Origin: Eledone cirrhosa
Taxonomy: Eukaryota
NCBI GenBank assembly: GCA_964016885.1
Contig: OZ024744.1
Span: 70,556,001-70,620,000, forward strand
Direction of reading: 5' to 3'
Length of the DNA stretch: 64,000 nucleotides
Under the pieces are notes generated by a model that had not been told where the DNA came from, ran no database searches, and saw nothing but the letters and a program-made list of their open reading frames with translations. Of the stretch, positions 1 to 14,467 are shown piece after piece (position 1 is the stretch's first letter; every line of letters starts with the position of its first letter). Both the position numbers and the translations under genes were made by a program.

Positions 1-530
1 GGATTGGCAGTATCGGTAGAGGGTCGGATGCCATGCTTTGCAGCAAAGAGTTATGGCCCTTTATGATCTGAATTCAAATCCCGCCGAGGTTAACTTTGTT
101 TTTCATCCTTACGGGGTCGATAAAATAAAGTACCAGTAATGCACTGGGATAATTGCTGGCCTTGTGCCAAAAGTAGAAATAATTATTAGGGTCGGACGCC
201 ATGCTTTGCAGCAAAGAGTTACGGCCCTTTATGGTCTGAGTTCAAATCCCGCCGAGGTTAATTTTGCCTTTCATCCTTACGAGGTCGATAAAATAAAGTA
301 CCAGTAATGCACTGAGATAATTGCCGACCTTGTACCAAAAGTAGAAATAATAATTGTTTCTACTTTAGGTACAAGGCCAGCAATTACCTAGTACATTACT
401 GGTACTTTATTTTATCGACCCCGTAAGGATGAAAGGCAAAGTTAACCTCGGCGGGATTTGAACTCAAACCGTAAAGGGACGTAACTATGCTAGAAAGCAT
501 GGCGTCCAACCCTCTACCGATACTGCCAAT
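1..530. mobile_element. Cluster of three tRNA-derived SINE copies (two +, one -)
   Basis: A-box-like TGGCAGTATCGG (5-16) and B-box-like TTCAAATCCC (~72-81). The unit repeats at ~188-352 and is inverted at ~351-530. The same family recurs at 3022, 28948, 46250 and 58980-59570. Confidence 0.75.
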
Positions 531-908
531 TATTATTATTATTATTTTTGTTTAGTTGTGGGATGCAATGGACATGGACTATTTTCGTGGTATTGAGGAA
601 AGTCCAAACGGGTTCCGGCCTCCAATACAGCAGAGCCTGTTATTCGTTCATTTTCCTATTGTCTTCGACCACGTATATTTTATCAATTATATATATATAT
701 ATATATATACATCTATATATGTGTGTGTGTGTGTATTTGTTGAAGTATATATACATTTTGGAGGGACACCTTGTATACACACACACAGACACATACATAG
801 ACATACACGCACACATAGACACACAGACACACACATATATATATATATATTTCGTTTCTGAATTTTTTTAGCAAGATTCTTTATCTGAAAACGTGTGTTG
901 AAACCGAT

Positions 909-2510
<1,602 letters not shown>

Positions 2511-2719
2511 TATATATATATATATATATAGCTAAAATTTCGTTATAACGAATATTATTGTGACGAATTTTTCAATATAACGAAATGTTTTTCAATCCCC
2601 GAGGTAATAACAAACAAATACTCTATTTGTTTCGGTCGATCTCGTTATAAAGAATTGTCATTAAAAGGAATTGGGATGTCTTTCAGTGAGGGTGTGTTGT
2701 TGAAAATCTCCACGGCGTT

Positions 2720-2845
2720 CCGTGTCCGGAAAGATCTGATAGCAACCAACATCCCTTGGCACGGACGTGAAAAAGCTACCGCTGATCGTGACCGTTGGCG
2801 AGTACTTACTACTCGGTGCGCCGAACGGAGCGGAAGAACCTAAGA
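2720..2845 (+). mobile_element. RTE-type LINE 3' end fragment
   Basis: Translates ..ATADRDRWRVLTTRCAERSGRT*, typical of RTE ORF C-termini. Confidence 0.5.
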
Positions 2846-3304
2846 CCAAGATATACACACACATATATATATATATACACACACACATATATATCTACAG
2901 AAACACGTACACACACTCACTCACATATATATATACATATATACATATATGTATATATATAGACAGTAATCTTGCGAACAAATATCGTCCGCACCCTGTA
3001 TATGTATATATGTTGATTTATGTTCAAATCCCGCCGAGGTTAACTTTGCCTTTCATCCTTACGGGGTCGATAAAATAAAGTACCAGTAATACACTGGGTA
3101 ATTGCTGGCCTTGTGCCTAACGTAGAAACAATTATCTTATAGGCAAACTGTAATATTATTATTAGTATATTTCTATCTAGCTAACTTGGTCATTTACAAT
3201 ACAAACATAAATATGAGGATATTTGTGTTTATCAATTTATTATTGATTTGTGTTAACCTATATATATATATAATATTTATCAATATATTATTGATTTGTG
3301 TTAA

Positions 3305-3339
<35 letters not shown>

Positions 3340-3366
3340 AATGATGAAATGATGATGATAATATAT

Positions 3367-3553
3367 AGAGGTAAAATTCCGATATAACGAAAACCTTTAT
3401 AACAAATTTTTCAGTATAACGGTATTTTTTTCAAACCCCAAGGTAATAACAAATAAACGCTTTATTTGTTTCGGTTGATCTCGTTATAAAGAATTTTTCG
3501 TTACAACGAATTTTTTTATAGCCTATGAATTTCGTTAAAACGGAATTCCACTG
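3367..3553. mobile_element. Tc1/pogo-like MITE (partial second copy at ~2530-2655)
   Basis: Ends in GGAATTCCACTG-TA, has internal CGTTATAACG repeats, and shares sequence with 2530-2655. Confidence 0.5.
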
Positions 3554-3713
3554 TATATATGTGTGTGTGTGAGTGTTTGTGTGTATCTATGCCTGTTGAA
3601 ACGGCAGGAGCTCAGCCGTCTGGGTCCCGAACCCTTCATATAACCATACTCTACTGCCCCAAGTATCGAATACTCTGGTGAGTAATGGTCTAGCTGGTTT
3701 TTACTGCATCCAT

Positions 3714-3793
<80 letters not shown>

Positions 3794-3837
3794 TGATTAA
3801 GAATAACCAGGGTTAAATTACACTAAATTATTTTATT

Positions 3838-3904
3838 GATTTACGAACGTTTCTATCAATACAGTAAGAAAATATATTTCTTCTGTACTGATCCCTTCAG
3901 AATC
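3838..3904 (-). ncRNA. Hammerhead ribozyme-like motif (core variant CUGAAGG)
   Basis: gatt-CTGAAGG-g-atcagtacag..ctgtattgat-a-GAAA-cgttcg-TA-aatc: long stem II, GUA cleavage triplet. Confidence 0.55.
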
Positions 3905-4365
3905 TACTAAACAACATAAATAACATAATTATTTACCACTCACATGAGCGAACATCTCCATTCCGAAAACGTAAACAAATTTAAAATACAGTTGGGAGAA
4001 CGTTAAAACTTTATGGAAGACTAAACACGCAATTAGAATTTATTACAAATAAATTATAACGTGCAGTGACTAAAAATTACTTTGCTTGGCTTTTACACTC
4101 TAATGCACGTATACTAGACACTAAAATAATGTTATGGGAATACAACTAGAGCTTATAAGTTTAATAATACTTATGTATGGGAGTAACAACAATTATAAGA
4201 ATAACATTAATAGAATCTATTAAGAAAAACAATACAAAAATTATGGAAACTTAATTCAGTAACAAAAATATCAATCTAGAAGTTCTAGTTACTAAGAAAC
4301 TAATAGCCTAAGACCATATTAATAGAGGTGGAAGGATTATTTTTAGAATAAAAAGTTATAAGTGT

Positions 4366-4531
<166 letters not shown>

Positions 4532-5081
4532 TATATATATATACTTTTTACAAACACTCATAATGTGAGTACATGTGTCTGGACAATACTTTACCCTTGC
4601 ATTTATATATATACTAGCTGCAGTACCCGGTAATACCTGGGAAAGGTGGGGTTATTCGCTGTTCCCAGAGTGCGCCTGAAAATGCTAGCGACCCTGGGTG
4701 CCCATACTGGATTTTTAATAGCAACCTTTGCCGGTGTGTTTATGGCAGATCAATTTTTTGTGTGGAACTATTAATAGCTGTTTAAGTCATAAGTCCTTCT
4801 TCCATCCAGCTTTCTTCATTGAATAAGCCAGGGAAGTTTGAGCTCGAAGAGCATCGAACTTATTCAACAAACTTATGTATAAGAATAGCAAACTTACTGC
4901 CTTAGCACTCAAGAACAAACACAGAACAATTGAGGAAGTCAGCGCATTTATTGAAGAAATTATAACCGAATGAACATCTTCAGGTACTGTTCAAGCACCC
5001 TGTATATCACTGTTTGTAAAGCCCTTCGAATGACTGAAGCAATTCAATAAAACCATGTTGTTTTCCCCCTATAGTAGACAT

Positions 5082-5350
5082 TGTGGGTATATGTGGTGTG
5101 GGGTGGCCGGAGGCTGCGGAGTGCTCGACCGGAAGAGTGATTGATCGGAAGGGTGCTTGAGCGGAAGAGTGCTCGACCAGAAGAGCCAGCAGGTCTGCCT
5201 CTCTCTAGGGTGGTCAGCGAACGTGGTGGACGTCAGTTTTGGAGCTCCCGGTTAACGAGTTGGATTGTACGCACGTGAGAGAGGAGAAACCAGCCATTGC
5301 ATTAGTGGTGCCAGCGAAAGCGGTAAGTGAAGTAGCTTTTTCTAACCACA
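5082..5350 (+). repeat. 5' LTR of Gypsy copy 1 (3' LTR ~8957-9156, 5'-shortened)
   Basis: Direct repeat ending TTTTCTAACCACA, with 16-bp tandem units GAGTGCTCGACCGGAA. Confidence 0.88.
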
Positions 5351-5396
5351 GAGGAGTCTGGTGTTTTTTATTACAAAATTAGCGACCAGATTACGA

Positions 5397-6130
5397 ATGA
5401 GCGGGGAAGCGATGAGAGCATTTACCGGTGAAGGCGATGTTGTCGCTTGGCTGCGAAAAGTCCGGCTGGTCGCAAGCTTACAGAAGATAGATGTGGCTGG
5501 CCTCATGGCACTGTACCTCGAGCGGGACGCGTTGGCACTCTTCCTAGAGATGGTTGAACACAGCCAAAGCGATGCGCAAAAGATTGAGAGGCGTATGATG
5601 GAAGCGTTCGCGGAAGGACCGTTAGCCGCTTTTGCTAAACTCGCAAGGATTAGATGGAACGGTGAACGCGTTGACATTTTCGCAGCGGAAATAAGGCGAA
5701 TAGCCATGTTGGCTGGATATCAGGTGGAATGTGAACGCACGGTGCGGTTGGCGTTCATAAATGGATTTCCAGACGACATAGCGGTGAAACTGCAGCAAGT
5801 CCCGGGTTACAAGGAAATGGAGATGCGTGCACTGGTGGAGCAAGGCCGCATCATAGCAGAAGATGCCAAGAAGAGTGTCGCGGCAATAACAATGAGAGAG
5901 ATCCAAGGCTACCGGCAGCGAAATGGTGAAAGGGAGGCAACCACGGCACGCGGTTTCCCGCGAACGTTTAGAGGTCGCTGTTTTAGGTGCACATGGCGAG
6001 AGACTGTAGAGAGTCAAGGCCGGACAAAATATGCTACCGGTGTAAGCGACCAGGCCACATCGCTACTAGCTGCGACCAGGGAAACGATCCAAGGGGAACT
6101 ACTGCGCCGGTAGCTGCCCCTTGCGAGTAG
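5397..6130 (+). pseudogene. gag: Gypsy gag (CCHC knuckles broken by a small deletion near 5990)
   Basis: Near-identical to ORF 34128-34889. It lacks ~10 bp present in copy 2, which shifts the frame in the first knuckle. Confidence 0.8.
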
Positions 6131-8939
6131 AGGCGCTGCCCGTGGTGAAAGTTTTCGTGAGGGGAAAGCCACAGCAAGCCCTCGTGAACACGGGCTGTAC
6201 GACGACACTGGTGACCACGAGGGTGGCGCAGAGGTGGAGAGGGAATAGCAGCGTAAGGGCAGTCGACGGTAGGAAAATTGAATGCCGAGGTCGCATCGAA
6301 GTGGAGATGGCGGTACGGGGAAAGAAAATAAGGCTTTCTGCCATCGTAGTCGACAACGTGTTGGATGAGATCGGCGTAGTTATGGGCATGGACGCAATTG
6401 GCCGTCTAGGAGGCGTCACAGTGAACAACGTCGGTGTGTCGTTTGGCTGCGCCGCGTCGGTATGCACTGTGAGTACGCGACAGGAGAACCGAAGTCCCGC
6501 GAGGAGAAACATCCCGCTTACACTGTACAGGACAAAGACTTCAAGGCCGTGTTCGATGGGCAACGATGGGTTGTTGAGTGATACTGGAATGGAGAACCAC
6601 CAGCACTGAAGACCAAAGTCGGCTGCTATCAACACACATTGAAGGGAGACATTAGGAGCGAGTTCGAGCGAGAGGTAGAGAGATGGATTGAGGAGGGCAT
6701 ACTGCTTCCCTGGAAAGAGGAGGTGAAGTGCGGAGTATTGCCGTTAATGGCGGTGGCGCAACCCACGAAGAACAAGGTGAGGCCGGTACAGGACTTTCGG
6801 GAGCTGAACGAGCACATGTCATTCCACACGGGTGGCGAGGTCACGGATGTCTGTAGGGAAACCCTGCGTGAGTGGAGACGCATGACGGGGGCTTCCGCAA
6901 TCGTAGATCTAAAGTCGGCATACTTAATATTACACATAGATGAGAAGCTCTGGCAGTATCAGCTGGTCAGGTATAAGGGCCGGACATATTGCCTGATCAG
7001 GCTCGGTTTCGGGCTAAGCTCTGCACCGAAGATCATGGTGGCAGTCCTCAAGACCATTCTGGGAAAGGCCGACAAGATGAAGAGGGCCACTAATTCCTAC
7101 ATTGACGACATCCTAGTGGACGAGTCTGTAGTGTCGGCGGCGGAGGTCACGAACCATTTACAGGGGTATGGACTGGCTGCGAAGCCATCAGAAGCGTTGG
7201 AGGAAGGAGCCGCGCTGGGACTTAGGCTACGGCGAGACAGGACGAGCGTCTTGGTATTACAGAGGGGAAATGAAGTTCCAGAACTGGGCCCAAGTATGAG
7301 TAGGCGGGAGCTTTTCTCGGTGTGTGGAAAGTTGGTGGGTCACTACCCGATTGCTGGGTGGCTCCGGACGGCATGCAGCTATGTCATGAGACGAGCGGAC
7401 GGGGTGACTTGGAGTGACAGAGTGGGAGAAAGGACGGTGGCCATAATGCAGGAGATCGTGGAGAGGGTGAAGGCCGACGACCCAGTGCGGGGACGCTGGT
7501 ATGTTCCCAAATCGCAGAGCGGGACCGTATGGTGCGATGCCAGCAGCATAGCGCTGGGTGTCACGTTGGAGTTAGGAGGTGTTGAGGTCGAGAATGCAGC
7601 CTGGCTTAGGAAGAAGGACGACTGCAACCATATCAATGTGGCCGAACTGGACGCGGTATTGAGAGGGGTGAACCTCGCCCTGAGGTGGGGACTGCGCACC
7701 ATCGAGATTCGCACAGACTTGGCTACTGTACTCGGATGGGTGAGATCAGTGCTCACCAGTGAGAAGAGAGTGCGAACGAGAGGGGCGGCGGAGATGCTGA
7801 TACAGCGCCGCCTGGGAACTTTAGGAGAGCTGGCCACCAAGTTCGACCTGAGGCTGAGCGTAGTTTTCGTGCCCTCAGAGAAAAATAGGGCGGACGTCTT
7901 AACTAGGGTGAAGAAAGCCTGGATGGAAGCGCCGAAGGAGGTAGAAGAGGAGATAGCTGCCGTGTGTCGGCTCACCGAGTCGGATCTGAAAGGGTTGCAT
8001 GACATGCACCACATGGTAGTGGATAGGACTCTGTTCCTAGCCAGGAGAATCGACTCGGACGTTAACAGACACAGTGTTCAAAGAGTGGTTAGAGGCTGCG
8101 TCCGATGTCAGTACATTGATCCCGCCCCGGGTGTGCACGAAACGGGAAGCCTCCCGGTGGATCGCGACTGGAAGCGATTGGCGGTGGATGTAACACACTA
8201 CCGACAAGGAACATACCTCTCAATGGTCGACTGTGGACCGGGACGGATGGCGATATGGAGGGAGATGAAGACTGGAATGGGCATGGACGCAATTGGCCGT
8301 CTAGGAGGCGTCACAGTGAACAACGTCGGTGTTGAGTGAGGTATTCTTGGAGCGAGGCCCTGTGGACGAACTGCTGATGGACAACAGCGCAGCGTTCCGC
8401 ACGGAGGCGCTGAGGGAGATGCTCGATGGAAGGTAGGTGGACCCATTCTTCAGAGCAGCGTACAGGCCGAGCGGAAATGGAATCGTGGAGCGATCAAAGC
8501 AATGGCGGAGCGGGGCCACATCTCACCAATGGAGGCAGTGTTCTGGTACAACATGTCTCCTCGGGTGAGACAGGTTGAGGAATCGGTGCCACACAGAGCA
8601 GTATTCAGATACGAGCACGCCACCACAACGGCCAGTGGAGAGAGAGAATGCATTCGTGCAGGTGGGCGAAGAAGTCTGGGTTAAGCCCCCAGATGCACGT
8701 TGCACATCTCAATGGGGAAGGGCACGGTGACGGCCGTAAATTCCCAGAACAATGTGTCCGTGGGCGGAGTACCACGCCATGTCCTGGATGACCGTAGAAT
8801 TAGTGTGTCAACGGACTCCGAGGAAGAGGAAACCCAAAGTGCCGCCCCAACACTGCGAAGATCACAAAGAAGTCGCAAACCACCAACCTGGACAGCAGAC
8901 TTTCATATGCAGCAGGACGAGGGGGAAATTGATCCTTGA
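6121..8939 (+). pseudogene. pol: Gypsy pol (protease, RT YIDD, RNase H WCDAS/AEL, integrase), frameshifted
   Basis: ORFs 6121-6609, 6639-8339, 8502-8684 and 8700-8939. Protease DTG is changed to NTG. Confidence 0.9.
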
Positions 8940-9499
8940 GATCAGGGGTGGGGGGCGTGTGCTTGACCGGAAGGGTGCTCGACCGGAAGGGCCAGCAGGT
9001 CTGCCTCTCTCTAGGGAGGTCAGCGAACGTGGTGGACGTCAGTTTTGGAGCTCCCGGTTAACGAGTTGGATTGTACGCACGTGGGAGAGAAGAGACCAGC
9101 CATTGGATTAGCGGTGCCAGCGAAAGCGGTAAGTGAAGTAAATTTTTCTAACCACAGACATAATCCAAGAAAAAACACCATAATAAAACGGATAAACAAT
9201 CAGACGTGTTGGCCCTGAAGAGGGCCTGATAACGTTCACTGTTGCAAAGTGTCAATAATGGAGGAGAAGTTACATCTTAATTCGTGTTAATCTTCCCACG
9301 ATCCGACACCTCGAAATATCGACAAAATAAACTCTACTCTCAAGGACGGCATGTTACAACTAACATGCCGGGAGTACGAATATTCGTCAACATACGATTT
9401 GGGTTATATTATTCTTAAAATTAATAATAATATTAAAAAATTAAATAATAAAAAATAATTAAAAAAACTAGAGTCTGAAGCGGCTGCTATATTTTTAGC

Positions 9500-11800
9500 T
9501 GATATTGTGTTTTCGGCCAATGCTTATAGAATTTACTGGGGTGGGGATATTGAGGTTACAAAAGCCCGATGGGCTGCTTCAGGGTAGGCTAAAGAGGAAA
9601 AAGGAAAAGAAAGAGGAGAGGGAGTGGAAGGAAGTGAGAAGAGATAAAGGGGGCAAAGAAAAGAAGAACATCTACTTATGTATGTTGGGTTTTCCCCTAA
9701 CTTGTTCGGCAGGTGGGGAAAAGAAGGATGTTGCAGTCATTGTCTACCCACCCGGGTCATGAGGGGGTTTGAGGGCGAGGTAAGTCCTACGCAATCGGTG
9801 TTTACATGCAGTTACAAGTTCGTCTTTTTTGTTTAGGAGTTGGTCCTTCGTAAACAGCATTTGTATTGTTTCCCCCGTGCATAGGTTACACGGACGGCAT
9901 CCTCCCGTGTAGGAGTTAGCCCTGGACAGTAAGGTCCAAGTAAGATTATATGTTATGTTATTATCTTGGATGTCCCAGATGTGGCCCGAAAGTGTAGTGG
10001 CATGTCGCCGGGCCGGGTTTCTGAACGTATGTCGGTGTTGGTAGAGCCAGGTCTTAAAGTCACAAGCGGTTAATCCTATATAGGCTTTGTTGGAGTTTTC
10101 CGTCCTCACGTTGCATTGGTAGATCACGTTACGTTCTCGGCATCTGTTGTTGAGGGGGCACGTAGATCTATCACGGCAGTTACACCTCATGGTCGCCTCT
10201 CCACTAATGTCTAGGTTGTTTCTTTCATAGGAGTTGAGTTTCTTGTTGTTTGAGGAGGCGATGTTTTGTGCGAAGTTGGGTGTGGTGCTGTAGGAGAGTT
10301 TGATAGTGTTTTTGTTGATTATGTTGTGGTAGCGGTGTTGTGGTGGGAAGTGTTTTTCGAGGAGCCTAAAGAAGATTTTCCCGATTGGTGTTGCAACCTC
10401 GGCATTGTGGGGAGGGTTGAACCACGTTACGTGGCGTGAGCGGCGGCGTGGCCTGCTGGTTCCGTTAAGGGAAGCTGGATAAAAGGAGATTTCCTCCCGA
10501 AAGCCGCTTCGCTTGAGGGTCTGGTTGTAATAAAACGCATGTTCATTGAAAATCTGCTCATTAGCGGACAAACGAGATATGCAGAAGATGTTTTAAACCA
10601 GGTTATTGGTGATGTTTCTAGGATGGTTAGAGTGGCGGTGTATGTAGTGAAGGTTGTCGTTTGGTTTCCTGTATGGGTAGTACATATCATTTTCGAGGTT
10701 GAGGGTAACGTCCAGGAAATTGACTCGGGTTAGGGACGTTTGTAGGGTGATTTTAAATCCCCAGTCCCGGAAGAAGTTGATTAGTTGTTTACAGACCCGG
10801 TCTGTACTACCCTTTGAGGGTAGGGAGCCCACCGTCTCGGTACAATCCACCGCCCAATGCAGGAAACATTTCGCTGAGTTTATGTAGTAGGAATAATCCT
10901 ATAAGATCGGTCACCTCCGCCGAGTCGGTCGCACCCATACTAACGGCGGGGAGTCGGGAGATCTTTTTATCCACTTGGAGTTGTCGAAAAGGAAGACTGT
11001 CTTCCTGGCGTGAAGAATGATGTTTCTTTCCTGGTCGGTGATGGGTGTGAGTGTTTTGGCAAAGTCCAAAGCGGCCGTAAGGAGCGGTAAGGTAATAGAG
11101 GTGTAATAGCTCTCTATGTCGAACTGGAAGAATTTGGTGTCCCATTTGTCCTCAATATTCCTGAACCATGAGATGACTTCCTGGGTGCTGACCCAAAGGC
11201 CAAGTCTCGCGTTTTGCTTGACTTTTGGTATAACGCGGTCAGGATCTTTTTACTGATTCTCCCTATGTCCGACTTCGTCGGTTTTATAAGCCTGATGGAT
11301 GGTTTGCGGTCGAAGTCGGATTTATGGACCTTCAGGGTGAAATAGGGAGTCCGTGGGTCGAGAGGTTCAGTGCGGTCGGCAACCCCGAGTTTGGAGGTAA
11401 TTTGTTGTCCCATCTAGATTTAAGTCATGGATTATTGAATGGTTAGCCTTTTTGTAGGTGGAGTTCAGGCTGCTCCTGATAAGTGTGTGGTATATGTCAG
11501 AGTTGACGAAGTAGAGGTTTCCAGTTTTGTCCGAGTGCACCAGGATGTCTTTAGTGCTTTCGCACTCCGTTATTTTGCTACGGAGTTGTTGTACGAATCG
11601 GTTGTGTCTAGGTTTGAATTGTATTCCCTTGACCAGGTGGAAGAGGTTGTTCTCGAAGGGTGAGAGCATAAGGTTCGGTGGGGGAGATTTGTAGGTATTG
11701 AATCCGAATCTCTCCTTGGTGTCGAAGTCCTGGTTGTCGCGGTAGGGTCGGAAAGTGCTCTACTACGGAGGTAGGAGCTAGATAACCACACTTCCTTCGT
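9500..11800 (-). mobile_element. Penelope-like element, 5'-truncated, with RT fragments and GIY-YIG endonuclease
   Basis: ORF pieces 11367-11669 (HSDKTGNLY), 11114-11413 (KVHK..PSIRLI), 10807-11145 (VSMGA..LYRDGGL), 10593-10850 (VNFLDVTL) and 9744-10571 (NVIYQC..YIGLT, CNLC). Confidence 0.9.
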
Positions 11801-11819
11801 TATATATATATGTATATAT

Positions 11820-12000
11820 ATAGGAAAAAGTATGACCCCGACGGCAGAGCTCAAGCCGATTTCCAGAAATAGCCATTGAAACGGCTTGAGCTATGCCGTC
11901 GGGGTCATACTTGTTCCTATTACCCACTCTACTACCCTACGTATTGAGTACTTTGGTGCGTTATGGTCCATCTGGTTCCTTACCACAATTCCTTCGTTAT
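11820..12000. repeat. Fold-back pLTR-like unit, family R (copies at 28822-28885, 38050-38243, 44308-44496, 45221; relative at 3590-3718)
   Basis: Inverted arms 11820-11858 / 11882-11920, then a bulged hairpin and tail ..TTCCTTCGTTA(TA)n. The same tail lies inverted at the 5' end of the adjacent Penelope (~11780-11800). Confidence 0.7.
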
Positions 12001-12021
12001 ATATATATATATATATATATA

Positions 12022-13533
12022 TAGTAATAATAATAAATTTGAAGACTAAAATCCAAAGAGGGCTCGATAAGGATAAATATATATCAAATATATAAGAACC
12101 GTAGAGCAAAAATTTATTAAAATAACAGATTAAAATTTAAGCAAAGAATCGCTGCTTTCACCCTTAACGGGATCTTCTGAAACTAACAAAGTCAATCTGT
12201 AAACGCAGAAGTGGATATTTCAAAAAACGTTGCAACCGGAGGAAGACAAGAAGACGATACTTTGGTTCGTGGAAACGTTCCCTGGCAAAGAACGGGGAAA
12301 AACGAATATAATACGTCATTAATAGGAGCGGGGGAAAACAATTACACGCAAAGACAGAACCACGTTTATGGTATAAAAGAAGTCGTAAACTCATGTTCTC
12401 TTAGGTGGTTCATAGAGACGTTCTCTGGCAATGAACGGGAAAAAACGAAGATAATACGTCATATGTGGAGCGTAGAGAACAATTGCACGCAAAGACAAAA
12501 CCACGTAAATGGTATAGCTGAAGTCGTAGACTAAAATTCTAACTAGGAAACCGAATGATTCTCTGCTTCAGAGTTAAGAATAAAGTAAATAAAATACAAT
12601 ACAGAGGTAATTGAAATTAAATAAATACATACACGCATCCAAATACGTACATACACAAGCATACGCGAAAACACTCGCCATAGGTATACAAAACCACGCA
12701 CATATACATATGTGTGTGTGTGTGTGTGTGTGCGTGTATACAAATAAATAAGTAATTAAATAAACGTATATAAATAAATAAATACGTATATAACAAGCGC
12801 ACACACATACCTACTTGTAAATACACAAATTTTCGGAGACGTACGTCAACCAAAACATGAAGTACACATATACACACACCCAACATACGTACGAACCCGC
12901 ATACTCACACAGACGCAAAACTTCTGTATACACATAACCAAAAGCATATGTACCGGAATATATAAAAATATACGCCAAAACATATACAATCAAATATACG
13001 TACGAGAAAGTATACGTACCTTCACAAAACATACAGGTAATATATACTTACCTATGCAAATAAGTAATGGTATAAACATAACATATACTTAGCTACCACA
13101 TCAAGACGTAAAATATCCACGTATAGATCGTACTATCCGTTAGGATATAATGTGGGGCTGTATTACAGGAAAGTGTTGTGCAATTTATGTTTACAAGCCG
13201 AAATTGCCTCAGATTTTTTGTTTAATATGTGGTCTGTGGCGTAGAGTATTTCCAGGGCCTCAGCGGCGCAGAGGTCACATGGTCTTTTATTTCCGTTATA
13301 CGATCTATGAACCACCTAAGAGAACATTAGTCTACTTCTTTTATACCATGTGTAATTGTTTTTCACCGCTCCTATTAATGACGTATTATATTCGTTTTTT
13401 CCCGTTCTTTGCCAGCGAACGTTTCCACGAACCAAAGTATCGTCTTCCTGTCTTCCTCCGGTTGCAACGTTTTTTGAAATATCCACTTCTGCGTTTACAG
13501 ATTGACTTTGTTAGTTTCAGAAGATCCCGTTAA
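12022..13533. repeat. Family B pLTR-like repeat with inverted arms (~12160-12430 and ~13300-13533); other copies at 17084, 18260-18481, 44128-44293, 45098-45197
   Basis: Reverse-complement identity of the arms (ORF track shows identical peptides on opposite strands). Carries a hammerhead-like CAGAAGA..GAAA. Confidence 0.7.
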
Positions 13534-13584
13534 GGCGTAGGACAGAACAAAGGAGAGGCACAAAAACAAAGAAAAGAATCCCCA

Positions 13585-13627
13585 GTCACTGAAGAGGTCA
13601 CAGAATGTGTGACGAAAGAACTTTGAC
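13585..13627 (+). ncRNA. Minimal hammerhead ribozyme (family A)
   Basis: gtca-CTGAAGA-g-gtcaca gaatg tgtgac-GAAA-gaac-tt-tgac, inside the pLTR copy at 13535-13780. Confidence 0.7.
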
Positions 13628-13778
13628 AATATATAAACAACCATCTGGTTGTGGAACCAACCAACCAACCGGAAATTTATAAATTCCTAAATTTATAAAT
13701 TTATTATAATAAATTGAAGTGAAAGCAACTGGTGCGTGTGTTTCTAATTGGCAACATGACCCTCCCAAAGTATAACAA

Positions 13779-13909
<131 letters not shown>

Positions 13910-13937
13910 GCGAAAAAGTGAAGAATAACATGGTCAA

Positions 13938-14265
13938 CAGTACAAAAAGGGTTTTATTTACAGTATTAACAATTGTTTCAATGATTAAGTTGTCTAAAAA
14001 TTGCTAATCACTTGAAGTTGTGTCACTCAATTTTAAATACAATGCATGCTTAAGCAAATCATCACGGCGTTTGTAATATATTAGGGAAATTCATAATATA
14101 TTACAAACGCCGTGTATAATTTTAAACACTTTTTCTGATGATTTGGTTAAGCATGCATTGTATTTAAAATTGAGTGTCACAACTTCAAGTGAGTAACAAT
14201 TTTTAGACAACTTAATCATTGAAACAATTGTTAATACTGTAAATAAAACCCTTTTTGTACTGTTC
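13938..14265. repeat. Fold-back element between (TA)n tracts
   Basis: 13938-14063 is the reverse complement of ~14138-14265, with an inner palindrome at 14063-14114. It has a CTGATGA..GAAACAATTGT motif with weak stem I. Confidence 0.75.
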
Positions 14266-14431
14266 ACTATTATTACTCCAAGATTAACTTGCATAGGATT
14301 CCTGAGAAATCACAAACTCACTACCTAAGGAAACCTCTTGTTGAGTCAAACAACGCCGTACGCTAAAACTATCCTCAGTTCGGAGTATTCACAACCTCTA
14401 ACTGGGTTACCTATAACGATAATTTGTTATC

Positions 14432-14467
<36 letters not shown>

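Larger units (their letters stand above)
5082..9156 (+). mobile_element. Ty3/Gypsy LTR retrotransposon, copy 1 (defective)
   Basis: TG...CA termini, 5-bp TSD GACAT (5077-5081 / 9157-9161), PPT ~8944-8955, gag-PR-RT-RH-IN order. Confidence 0.93.
4614..9480 (-). mobile_element. Helitron-derived element (3' end at 4614) interrupted by a Gypsy insertion
   Basis: Minus strand ends cccaggtattaccgggtactgcagCTAG|T. Motif ggccctgaagagggcc at 9211 is shared with the Helitron at 33126. The right boundary is uncertain. Confidence 0.5.

Noticed and set aside
9211-9236. CTGAAGA motifs at 9215, 33130 and 33226, and CTGAAGC at 9475, as hammerheads
   Set aside because: No properly placed GAAA with stems I/III. 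They belong to Helitron internal repeats or are chance matches.
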